DNA from: Clostridiales bacterium
Lineage (GTDB): Bacteria > Bacillota > Clostridia > HGM11327
NCBI GenBank assembly: GCA_015056385.1
Contig: SVGI01000004.1
Coordinates: forward strand, 1-46,098
Reading direction: 5' to 3'
DNA: 46,098 nucleotides
A model generated the notes under the pieces. The model worked only from the letters and a program-made list of their open reading frames with translations. It had not been told where the DNA came from and made no database searches. The first letter of the stretch is position 1; each line of letters opens with the position of its first letter. The translations under genes and the position numbers were made by a program. This document shows positions 37,336-46,098 of this stretch, one piece after another.

Positions 37336-38775
37336 ATGTATAAAAACGTATTTCTCCGTTTTGCTATTGTAATCATTCTTTTAATGGTGATAATGCTTTT
37401 TGCTATGTCCCAGGTGTATCTTTCTGCCGTAAACGAAGGGTACAGGGAAATGAATGAAAAAAGGATGGATGACGTGGCAAGTAAGGTAAGCGTATGCGTA
37501 GGTGATTATCTTGCATCCAAGTACGGAAAGGATGAGCTTAACCTTAATCTCAGGAATATAGACGTACAGAATAATATGTCTGTATGGGTAATTGGTACGT
37601 CCCGTACCGTAATTCTTACCTACGGCGTTCAGTCCGGCTGTACAGTACAGGCGGGAGACGTACTTGACGATTCAAGTATTGACGACGTATTTGTTATCGG
37701 TGAGGACGGCATAACGTCTGCATTCTCAAAGTATTTTAACGAAGGGCATATATCCTGCGTAAAGGGCGTACATTCGGCGCTTCTTTCAAGAAAATATGCA
37801 GTAATAGTAAGTATGCCTGAATCATATATTACATCGGATGAAAATACGCACCTTGATATAGTTATTCTGTTTGCGGCAATAGGAATTGTTATGTTTACGG
37901 CCATGTTCTATTTTGTATCCAGAAGCATATCCCGCCCCATTAAGGAGCTTTCAGATGCCGCAGTAGCAGTATCAAAGGGTAACTTCAGCAAAAAAATCAA
38001 GATTCAAAGCGGGAAAAAGGATGAAATTACAAAGCTTGGCCAAAGCTTTAACGCCATGATGGATGCGCTTGACGAGGTTGAAACTCAAAGGCGTGAATTT
38101 ATGGGAAATATATCTCATGAGCTAAGGTCCCCTCTTACATCTATGCACGGTTATCTTCAGGGTATAGTAGACGGAGTTATAGAGGGTGAAATGCAGCAGA
38201 CTTACCTTAAAATCGCCCTTTCGGAAACAGAGCGAATGAAGGGCATGATAGAGAATATGTTCAATATGTCAAAAATGGAATCTCAGCAAAACGCTCTTAT
38301 GCGAAGTGTTTTTGATGTTAACGAGCTTATACGTATAGTTATCATTTCTAAAATAGTTCAGCTGGAACAGAAGGAAATAGAGGTTGTAACGGATTTTGAA
38401 AGCGAGCAGTTTTTTGTTGATGCGGACAAGGATATGATTCAGCAGGTAATAATAAACCTTGTTGATAACGCCGTAAAATTCACACCGCAAAAGGGTAAAA
38501 TCACTATTTCCACGTGGCTGTTCAAGGATAAGGTATTTGTTAAAATATCCGATACAGGCGTTGGCATCCCCGAGGATGACATAAATAAGATATGGGATAG
38601 GTTTTATCAGGTGGATAAGGCAAAGCCTGCAAGCAGAATGGGCAGCGGCCTTGGCCTTGCCATAGTAAAGCAAATAATAAATAAGCACGGCGAGGATGTC
38701 TGGGCAAAAAGTGAGGTAGGCAAGGGAACGGATTTTATGTTTTCTCTTCAAAAAACCACCAGAAAAAAGGATTAA
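37336..38775 (+). CDS. HAMP-domain sensor histidine kinase
   Basis: Two TMs, HAMP, SHELRSPLT, NLVDNAVKF, DTGVGI, GSGLGLAI. Start moved to ATG 37336. Confidence 0.95.
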   Translation: MYKNVFLRFAIVIILLMVIMLFAMSQVYLSAVNEGYREMNEKRMDDVASKVSVCVGDYLASKYGKDELNLNLRNIDVQNNMSVWVIGTSRTVILTYGVQSGCTVQAGDVLDDSSIDDVFVIGEDGITSAFSKYFNEGHISCVKGVHSALLSRKYAVIVSMPESYITSDENTHLDIVILFAAIGIVMFTAMFYFVSRSISRPIKELSDAAVAVSKGNFSKKIKIQSGKKDEITKLGQSFNAMMDALDEVETQRREFMGNISHELRSPLTSMHGYLQGIVDGVIEGEMQQTYLKIALSETERMKGMIENMFNMSKMESQQNALMRSVFDVNELIRIVIISKIVQLEQKEIEVVTDFESEQFFVDADKDMIQQVIINLVDNAVKFTPQKGKITISTWLFKDKVFVKISDTGVGIPEDDINKIWDRFYQVDKAKPASRMGSGLGLAIVKQIINKHGEDVWAKSEVGKGTDFMFSLQKTTRKKD

Positions 38776-38816
38776 CAGTAGTAATTCCGTATAAATGCAT
38801 AGGATATAAATTAAAA

Positions 38817-38859
38817 TTTACAATAAGATAACAATGGGAATTTCCGAAAATGTTATAAT
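38817..38859 (+). promoter_or_regulatory. htrA promoter: OmpR-type direct repeat plus extended -10
   Basis: TTTACA-N5-ATAACA (38817-38833); TG-n-TATAAT (38851-38859); no consensus -35. Confidence 0.55.
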
Positions 38860-38941
38860 ATGTGGGTAGGTGAGTGTATCGTTGTTTGATGATGTTGTTT
38901 ATGTATGGTAGTACCGCCTATGCAATAAGGAGAAATTTACT

Positions 38942-40102
38942 ATGAATAATTTTTATTTCGATGAGCAAAATTACAAGCCCTCCAGAAACTGGTGGAAGTA
39001 TATCATCGTAGTTGTTTTGTGCCTTGCGGTTGGTGCAGGTGTTGCATATTATGCTATAAATAATGAAAATTTTGGCCAACCCTCAAGCACGCCTCCCGTA
39101 TTGGTAACGCCTAATACAAATATCCAGATAGGAAATTCAACGCCTATTCAGATAGGTAAGGATATGCCCCTGGCAGATATATACGACGCAGTTGAACCGT
39201 CTGTTGTAAGTATTATTGCAACGGTAAGAACGTCTGCCACCTCGGCAGGCACCTCCCTGGGAACAGGCGTAATTCTTTCTGAGGACGGATATATAGTAAC
39301 AAATCACCACGTTATAGAAAATGCAGTTAAGGTTGAGATACATCTTTACGATGGTACCACGTATACTGCCGTGGTTGTAGGCGCAGATAAGGTATACGAT
39401 ATTGCCGTTCTTAAAATAATCCCTGCAGGTAAAACATTGGTTCCCGCAAGATTTGGGGACAGCACTGCTACGCGTACAGGTGAATGGGTTATTACAGTAG
39501 GTACACCATATGACCCTGCCTTCAGCGGTACTATGACGTTGGGTATAGTCAGCAAGGCCTCCAGGGTTATTAAGTTAGACGGTACTGAATACGAGTATAT
39601 TCAGGTGGATGCTGCTATTAACCCCGGCAACAGCGGCGGACCGCTTCTTAATGCAAACGGCCAGGTTATCGGTATAAATACAAGAAAAATTGTTTCTTAC
39701 AATATAGAAGGTATGGGCTTTGCAATTCCTCAGCACGTATTTATTCCTATCGTAGAGGATATAATTGCAAAGGGCTATGTTGAGCCTGTATGGAGATTGG
39801 GCATTGGCATAGAGGGTACGGTTCTTTCTCCTGATTCAGAGGTTTTGTACGGAATACCTCAGGGCGTGTATGTATATCAGTATACCGAAAACGGTCCTGC
39901 ACATAAGGCTGGCATAGGTAAGGGTGACGTAATTGTTCAGGTAGAGGGCTTTTCACCCGTTACCTTCGATACGTTAACGGAGTTGATTTCTATGAAGAAG
40001 CCCGGGGATACTCTCCGCGTAAAGGTTTGCACCTACAGCTCTAATTATAAAAAGACGGTCGATATGACGATTACTCTCGAGCTTTTGGAGTTTTTTGAGT
40101 AA
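38942..40102 (+). CDS. htrA: HtrA/DegP-like membrane-anchored serine protease with PDZ domain
   Basis: TM anchor; triad motifs TNHHV, DIAVLK, AAINPGNSGGPL; C-terminal PDZ. Confidence 0.93.
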   Translation: MNNFYFDEQNYKPSRNWWKYIIVVVLCLAVGAGVAYYAINNENFGQPSSTPPVLVTPNTNIQIGNSTPIQIGKDMPLADIYDAVEPSVVSIIATVRTSATSAGTSLGTGVILSEDGYIVTNHHVIENAVKVEIHLYDGTTYTAVVVGADKVYDIAVLKIIPAGKTLVPARFGDSTATRTGEWVITVGTPYDPAFSGTMTLGIVSKASRVIKLDGTEYEYIQVDAAINPGNSGGPLLNANGQVIGINTRKIVSYNIEGMGFAIPQHVFIPIVEDIIAKGYVEPVWRLGIGIEGTVLSPDSEVLYGIPQGVYVYQYTENGPAHKAGIGKGDVIVQVEGFSPVTFDTLTELISMKKPGDTLRVKVCTYSSNYKKTVDMTITLELLEFFE

Positions 40103-40126
40103 TTTACAGGATATTATGAAGAATAT

Positions 40127-40159
40127 AGCCCGTTGGGATGTAACCCCAACGGGTTTTCT
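40127..40159 (+). terminator. Intrinsic terminator of htrA
   Basis: AGCCCGTTGGG...CCCAACGGGTT plus T residues. Confidence 0.8.
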
Positions 40160-40160
40160 A

Positions 40161-40189
40161 TTGTAAATAATACGGTTATATGTTATTAT
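40161..40189 (+). promoter_or_regulatory. sigmaA-like promoter for ispDF
   Basis: TTGTAA-17 bp-TATTAT with a TG extension. Confidence 0.6.
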
Positions 40190-40221
40190 TTGAGTGAAAA
40201 TAATGAAATATAGGGTGTAAT

Positions 40222-40923
40222 ATGACGTTTGATGCCATAATAGTTGCATCGGGTGAGGGAAGGCGCTTTTCCTGTGATGTACCAAAGCAATTTCTTGAGT
40301 TTGGAGGTAAAACCGTTATTCAGACAACTGTGGACGCCTTCTTATCCTGTGAAGGGTTGAGAAGGATTGCCGTTGTTTTACCCCCGTTGCGAATGAATGA
40401 ATTTTCATACCTTTTCGACGAATATAAAAATACAGGTAAGCTTTTTCTTGTAGCAGGCGGAAAAACCAGGCAGGAGTCCGTATATAACGGGCTTTGTGCC
40501 TTAACGGAGCACGAGCCTGTGGTTTGTATCCATGACGGTGTACGCCCCCTTATTGAAAAATCAGTAATAATGGATTCTGTGAATGAGGCATATAAGGGGG
40601 ATGGCTGTATTACGGCGGTAAACGTGGCGGATACCGTAAGATACGTTTCCAACGAGGGCGTTTGCGTAAAAACGGTGGACAGGGATAATCTTGTTTTTGT
40701 TCAAACCCCCCAGACCTTTAAGTACGATATTATAGCTGAATCACACAAAAAAGCCGTCTGCGATGGCTTTAGCGCAACAGACGACGGTGAGCTGGTGATG
40801 CACTACGGCTACAAGGTTACAAGGGTTATGGGTAAAAGCACGAATATCAAAATAACCACCCAGGGGGATATGGAGCTTGCCCGCTACTTACTTTCAACAA
40901 GAAGAGAAAACGGAGAATATTAA
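40222..40923 (+). CDS. ispD: 2-C-methyl-D-erythritol 4-phosphate cytidylyltransferase
   Basis: A.G.G.R...PKQF, GG.TRQESV, IHDGVRP, QTPQ.F, TDD, NIKITT. Confidence 0.95.
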   Translation: MTFDAIIVASGEGRRFSCDVPKQFLEFGGKTVIQTTVDAFLSCEGLRRIAVVLPPLRMNEFSYLFDEYKNTGKLFLVAGGKTRQESVYNGLCALTEHEPVVCIHDGVRPLIEKSVIMDSVNEAYKGDGCITAVNVADTVRYVSNEGVCVKTVDRDNLVFVQTPQTFKYDIIAESHKKAVCDGFSATDDGELVMHYGYKVTRVMGKSTNIKITTQGDMELARYLLSTRRENGEY

Positions 40924-40925
40924 AT

Positions 40926-41393
40926 ATGAGAATAGGTGAAGGATACGACGTACACAGACTTGTGGAGGGGAGAAGGCTCATACTGGGCGGCGTGGAAATT
41001 CCCTTTGAAAAAGGATTGCTGGGCCACTCAGACGCAGACGTGCTTGTTCACGCCATAATAGATTCTCTTTTGGGCGCCTGCGCCTTTGGCGATATAGGTA
41101 CTCATTTTCCCGATACCGATATGCAGTATAAGGGTATATCCGGCGAGGCCCTTATGAAAAGAGTTTTGGAGCTTATTAAGGATTACGAGATACTTAATAT
41201 AGATACTACGGTAATAGCCCAGGCGCCAAAGCTTTCACCCTATATCGCTCAAATAAGAAATTCCCTTGCAAATATGATGTCCCTTGACGTAGGGCAAATA
41301 TCCGTAAAGGCAAAAACTGCGGAAAAATTAGGATATTTAGGCAGGGGAGAGGCAATAGAGGTCCGATGTGTATGCCTTCTTAAGAAAAGGTAA
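40926..41393 (+). CDS. ispF: 2-C-methyl-D-erythritol 2,4-cyclodiphosphate synthase
   Basis: MRIG.GYDVH, GHSDADV..HA..D, GDIG.HFPD. Confidence 0.97.
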   Translation: MRIGEGYDVHRLVEGRRLILGGVEIPFEKGLLGHSDADVLVHAIIDSLLGACAFGDIGTHFPDTDMQYKGISGEALMKRVLELIKDYEILNIDTTVIAQAPKLSPYIAQIRNSLANMMSLDVGQISVKAKTAEKLGYLGRGEAIEVRCVCLLKKR

Positions 41394-41639
41394 TCATGAA
41401 GACGAAAACATAGCAGGGTCTAATTCTGCGTCTATAATTGAACTGTTTTTAAGGTAATCCATAGGGTCCGAGCTCAATATGCGTCGGACCTTTATTTTTC
41501 CGCTGGGGCATTTCTCACACTCTACGTGAAGCCCATTATAATAAGCGGATTTACAGGTGCTGTCTGCGTGTTGAATTAAATTTAGTGGCGGAGAAACGGT
41601 ATAATAAAATGAACAGGGAAAGTCTTCTTCGTATTGCAT
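41394..41639 (-). CDS. ylzJ: YlzJ-like small sporulation protein
   Basis: YT..P, Y.G..V, RILSSDPMDYL motif; TGATG overlap with tepA, matching tepA-ylzJ synteny in spore formers. Confidence 0.75.
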   Translation of the reverse strand: MQYEEDFPCSFYYTVSPPLNLIQHADSTCKSAYYNGLHVECEKCPSGKIKVRRILSSDPMDYLKNSSIIDAELDPAMFSSS

Positions 41640-42403
41640 CAGCTTACACCTCCGTTTTGCTCCTTTATCATCATTCTCAAGGCCCTTAATGCCTGGCTTA
41701 AGCCTCCTATTTCGTCTATAAGGCCGCAGTCCACAGCCTCCTTGCCTATAAGCACGGTGCCTATTTCATTTGCAATATCTCCCGTATTAAGCATAAGCCG
41801 TGAAAGGGCCTCTCTTGAAAGCCTTGAATGCTCTGTTATAAAGCCTATTATTCTTTCCTGCATTTTGTTCATATAATCGTACGTCTGGGGTGAGCCTATG
41901 AAAAGGCCGTTTATGCGTATGGGATGAATAGTCATTGCCGCAGTAGGTGCGATGAATGAATGTCTTGCACTTACTGCCAGGGGTACACCTATGCTGTGTC
42001 CGCCTCCGAGTACAAGTGAAACCACAGGGGTTGTCATAGTGGATACCATTTCCGCAATAGCAAGCCCCGCCTCAACGTCTCCTCCCACGGTATTGAGTAT
42101 AAGCAAAAGTCCTTTAATAGCAGAGCTTTCCTCAACTGCAATAAGCTGCGGAATTATGTGCTCGTATTTCGTCGTTTTGTTTTGGGAGGGCAGCACCATA
42201 TGCCCTTCTATCTGCCCTATAACAGTCATACAGTGTATATCGCTTATTTCGTTGGGAATATATCCTGCGGAGCCTGTTTCAACGATTCTTTTCTCCTGGG
42301 TGCTGCGGGGGCTTTCCCCTTCCTCACTCTCATCTGACGTATCTGCCGCAAGCCTTTTGAATAAGCTGTTTTTGAGAATGGATTTGTAAATTTCTCTGTC
42401 CAT
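41639..42403 (-). CDS. tepA: ClpP-like protease TepA
   Basis: IGQIEGH..LP.QNKTTKYEH, LNTVGGDVEAGLAIAE, GGGHSIGVP, TIHPIR. Confidence 0.93.
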   Translation of the reverse strand: MDREIYKSILKNSLFKRLAADTSDESEEGESPRSTQEKRIVETGSAGYIPNEISDIHCMTVIGQIEGHMVLPSQNKTTKYEHIIPQLIAVEESSAIKGLLLILNTVGGDVEAGLAIAEMVSTMTTPVVSLVLGGGHSIGVPLAVSARHSFIAPTAAMTIHPIRINGLFIGSPQTYDYMNKMQERIIGFITEHSRLSREALSRLMLNTGDIANEIGTVLIGKEAVDCGLIDEIGGLSQALRALRMMIKEQNGGVS

Positions 42404-42509
42404 ATTTAATCCTCACAGTATTTTAGTATATTATTTGGCTGATTAAACAAAATAATACTCAAAATCACGTACATATTTTCCGTTATTATGGAAAAAGCTG
42501 AAAATAGCA

Positions 42510-42538
42510 TTGACAACGGCTCAATAATAAGGTATAAT
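42510..42538 (+). promoter_or_regulatory. Consensus sigmaA promoter for ppdK
   Basis: TTGACA-17 bp-TATAAT. Confidence 0.8.
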
Positions 42539-42627
42539 TTCTCGGATAGATGGATGGTATGTCTATAATACTGTCCGTATGCAGTAAACAGCAAAAAGAA
42601 AACAAATGATATTTTAGGAGGACACAA

Positions 42628-45258
42628 ATGTCAAATAAGTATGTCTACCTGTTTAGCGAAGGCAACGCAACCATGAGAAATCTTCTCGGCGGTAAGGGCG
42701 CAAACCTCGCTGAAATGACAAATTTGGGCTTGCCCGTTCCTCAGGGATTCACTATCACCACAGAGGCATGTACTCAGTATTATGAGGACGGCAGAAAAAT
42801 CAACGACGAAATCCAGGCACAGATCATGGAATACATCGTTAAGATGGAAGGCGTTGTAGGAAAGAAATTCGGTGATAAGGAAAATCCCCTTCTCGTTTCC
42901 GTACGTTCCGGCGCAAGAGCTTCCATGCCCGGTATGATGGATACAATCCTTAACCTCGGTCTTAACGAGGACGTTGTTGAAACAATGGCAAGAAAGTCCG
43001 GCAATGCTCGTTGGGCTTACGACTGTTACAGAAGATTCATCCAGATGTACTCCGACGTTGTTATGGAGGTCGGCAAAAAGTACTTCGAGGAGCTTATTGA
43101 TAAGATGAAGGAAGAAAAGGGCGTTACACAGGACGTTGACCTTACAGCAGACGACCTTAAGGAGCTCGCAAACCAGTTCAAGGCAGAATACAAGGCTAAG
43201 ATCGGTAAAGACTTCCCCACAGATCCCAAGGAGCAGCTTATGGGCGCTGTTGAAGCAGTATTCCGTTCATGGGATAACCCCCGTGCAAACGTTTATCGCC
43301 GTGATAACGATATTCCTTACAGCTGGGGTACAGCAGTTAACGTACAGATGATGGCATTCGGTAACATGGGCGACAACTGCGGTACAGGCGTTGCATTTAC
43401 ACGTGATCCTGCAACCGGTGAGCGCGGCCTCATGGGCGAATTCCTCACAAACGCACAGGGTGAGGACGTTGTTGCAGGTGTTCGTACTCCTATGCCCATT
43501 GCAGAAATGGCACAGAAGTTCCCCGCAGCATTCGAAGAGTTCAACAAGGTTTGTGCTATCCTCGAGGATCATTACAGAGATATGCAGGACATGGAGTTCA
43601 CTGTTGAAGACGGTAAGCTTTACATGCTCCAGACAAGAAACGGTAAGAGAACTGCAAAGGCTGCTCTTAAGATCGCTTGCGACCTCGTAGACGAGGGCAT
43701 GATCGACGAAAAGAAGGCTGTTGCAATGATCGATCCCAGAAACCTCGACACTCTTCTCCATCCCCAGTTCGATGCAAAGGCACTTAAGGCTGCTAAGCCC
43801 GCTGGCGTTGGTCTTGGCGCATCTCCCGGTGCTGCTTGCGGTAAGGTTGTTTTCACAGCTGAAGACGCAGAAGCATGGAATGCAAGAGGTGAAAAGGTAG
43901 TTCTCGTTCGTCTTGAAACATCACCTGAAGATATTACAGGTATGAAGGTTTCTCAGGGTATCCTCACAGTTCGTGGCGGTATGACATCTCACGCAGCAGT
44001 TGTTGCACGTGGTATGGGTACATGCTGCGTATCAGGCTGCGGCGATATCAAGATGGATGAAGAAAACAAGAAATTCGAGCTTGCAGGTAAGACATATCAC
44101 GAGGGTGATTATATCTCTATCGACGGCTCAACAGGTAAGATTTACGACGGCATCATCCCCACAGTAGACGCTGAAATCGCAGGCGAATTCGGCAGAATTA
44201 TGGAATGGGCCGATAAATACAGAGTTCTTAAGGTTCGTACAAACGCAGATACACCTGCAGACGCTAAGAAGGCAAGAGAGCTTGGTGCAGAGGGTATCGG
44301 TCTTTGCCGTACAGAGCATATGTTCTTCGAGGCAGAAAGAATCGCTGCTTTCCGTGAGATGATCTGCTCCGATACAGTTGAAGAAAGAGAAGCAGCTCTT
44401 GATAAGATTCTTCCTTATCAGCAGGGCGACTTCGAAAAGCTCTATGAGGCTCTCGAAGGCAACCCCGTAACTATCCGTTTCCTCGATCCCCCGCTCCATG
44501 AGTTCGTTCCCACAGAAGAGGACGATATCAAGGCACTTGCAGATGCACAGGGCAAGAGCGTTGAGGACATCAAGGCTATCATTTCTTCTCTCCATGAGTT
44601 CAACCCCATGATGGGTCACCGTGGCTGCCGTCTCGCAGTAACTTACCCCGAAATCGCAGCAATGCAGACAAAGGCAGTTATCCGCGCAGCTATCAACGTT
44701 CAGAAGGCTCATGCAGACTGGAAGGTTAAGCCCGAAATCATGATCCCCCTCGTAGGCGAGGTTAAGGAGCTCAAGTACGTTAAGAACATCGTTATCGCAA
44801 CAGCAGATGCAGAAATCGCAGCTGCAGGTGTAAACCTCGAATACGAAGTTGGTACAATGATCGAAATCCCCAGAGCTTGCCTTACAGCTGACGAAATCGC
44901 AAAAGAGGCTGACTTCTTCTGCTTCGGTACAAACGACCTTACACAGATGACATTCGGCTTCAGCCGTGATGACGCCGGTAAGTTCCTCTCTGCTTACTAC
45001 GATAGCAAGATCTACGAAAACGATCCCTTCGCAAAGCTCGACCAGAACGGCGTTGGTATGCTTATGGAAATGGCAGTTGCTAAGGGTAAAGCAAGCGGCA
45101 AGAACCTCCACTACGGTATCTGCGGCGAGCACGGCGGCGACCCTGTATCTGTTGAGTTCTGCCATAAGATTGGCCTCAACTACGTATCCTGCTCACCCTT
45201 CCGTGTGCCGATCGCAAGACTTTCTGCTGCACAGGCTGCAATCAAGGATATGAAGTAA
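42628..45258 (+). CDS. ppdK: Pyruvate, phosphate dikinase
   Basis: LLGGKGANLAEM, SVRSGARASMPGMMDT, GGMTSHAAVVAR, GIGLCRTEHMF, FGTNDLTQ, GICGEHGGDP; strong codon bias. Confidence 0.98.
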   Translation: MSNKYVYLFSEGNATMRNLLGGKGANLAEMTNLGLPVPQGFTITTEACTQYYEDGRKINDEIQAQIMEYIVKMEGVVGKKFGDKENPLLVSVRSGARASMPGMMDTILNLGLNEDVVETMARKSGNARWAYDCYRRFIQMYSDVVMEVGKKYFEELIDKMKEEKGVTQDVDLTADDLKELANQFKAEYKAKIGKDFPTDPKEQLMGAVEAVFRSWDNPRANVYRRDNDIPYSWGTAVNVQMMAFGNMGDNCGTGVAFTRDPATGERGLMGEFLTNAQGEDVVAGVRTPMPIAEMAQKFPAAFEEFNKVCAILEDHYRDMQDMEFTVEDGKLYMLQTRNGKRTAKAALKIACDLVDEGMIDEKKAVAMIDPRNLDTLLHPQFDAKALKAAKPAGVGLGASPGAACGKVVFTAEDAEAWNARGEKVVLVRLETSPEDITGMKVSQGILTVRGGMTSHAAVVARGMGTCCVSGCGDIKMDEENKKFELAGKTYHEGDYISIDGSTGKIYDGIIPTVDAEIAGEFGRIMEWADKYRVLKVRTNADTPADAKKARELGAEGIGLCRTEHMFFEAERIAAFREMICSDTVEEREAALDKILPYQQGDFEKLYEALEGNPVTIRFLDPPLHEFVPTEEDDIKALADAQGKSVEDIKAIISSLHEFNPMMGHRGCRLAVTYPEIAAMQTKAVIRAAINVQKAHADWKVKPEIMIPLVGEVKELKYVKNIVIATADAEIAAAGVNLEYEVGTMIEIPRACLTADEIAKEADFFCFGTNDLTQMTFGFSRDDAGKFLSAYYDSKIYENDPFAKLDQNGVGMLMEMAVAKGKASGKNLHYGICGEHGGDPVSVEFCHKIGLNYVSCSPFRVPIARLSAAQAAIKDMK

Positions 45259-45279
45259 TTCATAATCAATAAATAAATC

Positions 45280-45309
45280 AAACCCTATCGAGCAATCGGT
45301 GGGGTTTTT
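45280..45309 (+). terminator. Intrinsic terminator of ppdK
   Basis: AAACCCTATCGA-GCAA-TCGGTGGGGTTT plus T residues. Confidence 0.8.
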
Positions 45310-45365
45310 GTATCTGTTGTAAATAAAACAAAATAATATTATAATGCAACAAAGAGGTGGGAAAG

Positions 45366-45794
45366 ATGATTTATACTCCTATTACAAAAAAAGCATTGAA
45401 ATTATGCTTTGAGGCGCACAGAGATCAGGTTGATAAAAGCGGTATGCCCTATGTATTCCATCCGTTCCACTTGGCCGAACAAATGCAAACCGAAGAAACG
45501 ACGATTGTTGCATTGTTGCACGATTTGGTAGAAGATACGGATTACACAATTGAAGATTTAACAAGCATGGGATTTGATAAGAATATTACGGATGCAATTG
45601 CATTAATGACACACGCAGACAACGTGGAATATATGGACTATGTACGTAAAATAAAAAACAATCCCATTGCAAGAGAGGTAAAGCTTGCAGACTTAAAGCA
45701 TAATTCTGATTTAACGCGATTAGATATCGTTGATGAAAAAGCATTAAGCAGAAGAGAAAAATACTTAAAGGCAATTAAACTGTTGGAGGAGTAA
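45366..45794 (+). CDS. Stand-alone RelA/SpoT-type HD-domain protein (small alarmone hydrolase / Mesh1-like)
   Basis: AH..Q..K.G.PY..HP, ALLHD.VEDT, VKLAD..HN. ATG 45366 after GAGGT; own promoter TTGTAA-17 bp-TATAAT at 45317-45345. Confidence 0.85.
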   Translation: MIYTPITKKALKLCFEAHRDQVDKSGMPYVFHPFHLAEQMQTEETTIVALLHDLVEDTDYTIEDLTSMGFDKNITDAIALMTHADNVEYMDYVRKIKNNPIAREVKLADLKHNSDLTRLDIVDEKALSRREKYLKAIKLLEE

Positions 45795-45855
45795 TTTCCT
45801 CATTTGCGTCCCTAAAGGATGCTATCAAGGAATCTAAATAATTATGTTTATAAAA

Positions 45856-45880
45856 GTAGGGCAGGGGCTTGCTCCTGCCG
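45856..45880 (+). repeat. GTAG-tagged REP-like palindrome
   Basis: GTAG followed by GGCAGGGGC-TT-GCTCCTGCC; single copy in the window. Confidence 0.6.
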
Positions 45881-46001
45881 TTTTTATAAAACAAAAATAT
45901 CCGTCTGAAGAAATTCAGGCGGATTTATATTGTGTTTTATAACTGATATGATATAATAGGTCTCAAAAATTAAAACGTTTTCATTTTTAAGGATGATCGC
46001 T

Positions 46002-46098
46002 ATGAAAAAAACCTATATAACATCTATGCCTGACCATATTGGTGCTTTCTTAAAAGCAAGTGAGTGTTTTTCATCATTGGGAATCAATATCACCCGAG
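46002..46098 (+). CDS. 5' part of a gene starting with an ACT-like domain (possibly an ACT/MBL-fold hydrolase), truncated by the window edge
   Basis: MKKTYITSMPDHIGAFLKASECFSSLGINITR; D..G.......F...GINI is ACT-like; AAGGA upstream. Confidence 0.55.
   Translation, partial: MKKTYITSMPDHIGAFLKASECFSSLGINITR

Noticed and set aside
44128-45165. 345-aa antisense ORF inside ppdK (also 43267..43761)
   Set aside because: Typical stop-free antisense frame of a highly codon-biased gene; no independent signals.
1-46098. Prophage, IS, integron or defence island
   Set aside because: No integrase, transposase, phage structural gene or recognisable defence operon in the window.

Overview
Chromosomal segment of a low-GC Gram-positive bacterium, most likely a spore-forming clostridial-type organism (spoIVB, tepA and ylzJ are present; T-box regulation; many sigmaA-type promoters). 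It is mostly housekeeping: hpf, an NhaC-family transporter, the pgi-DUF4321-maf-mreBCD-mrdA-rodA operon, T-box-led ileS (type 2), gdhA, asnA, two OmpR-family two-component pairs, htrA, ispDF and ppdK. An accessory-looking block (about 20.6-34.1 kb) holds glycosidases, three EamA transporters, a MATE pump, acyltransferases and a repeat-rich sortase-anchored surface protein. I see no CRISPR array, rRNA, tRNA, integrase or transposase. Best leads: (1) a DUF559 endonuclease whose ribosome-binding site lies inside a double-hairpin REP-like element; (2) a strongly diverged CbiB/AmpE-fold membrane protein lacking the family motifs, coupled to a DUF2284-RR-HK operon; (3) a surface protein that appears to start at ATA next to a decayed XRE gene; (4) IleRS2 with the non-canonical GIHH signature; (5) a WalR-type direct repeat over the -35 position of the htrA promoter; (6) a lone GTAG-REP. 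All family calls come from motif recognition by eye, not database searches.
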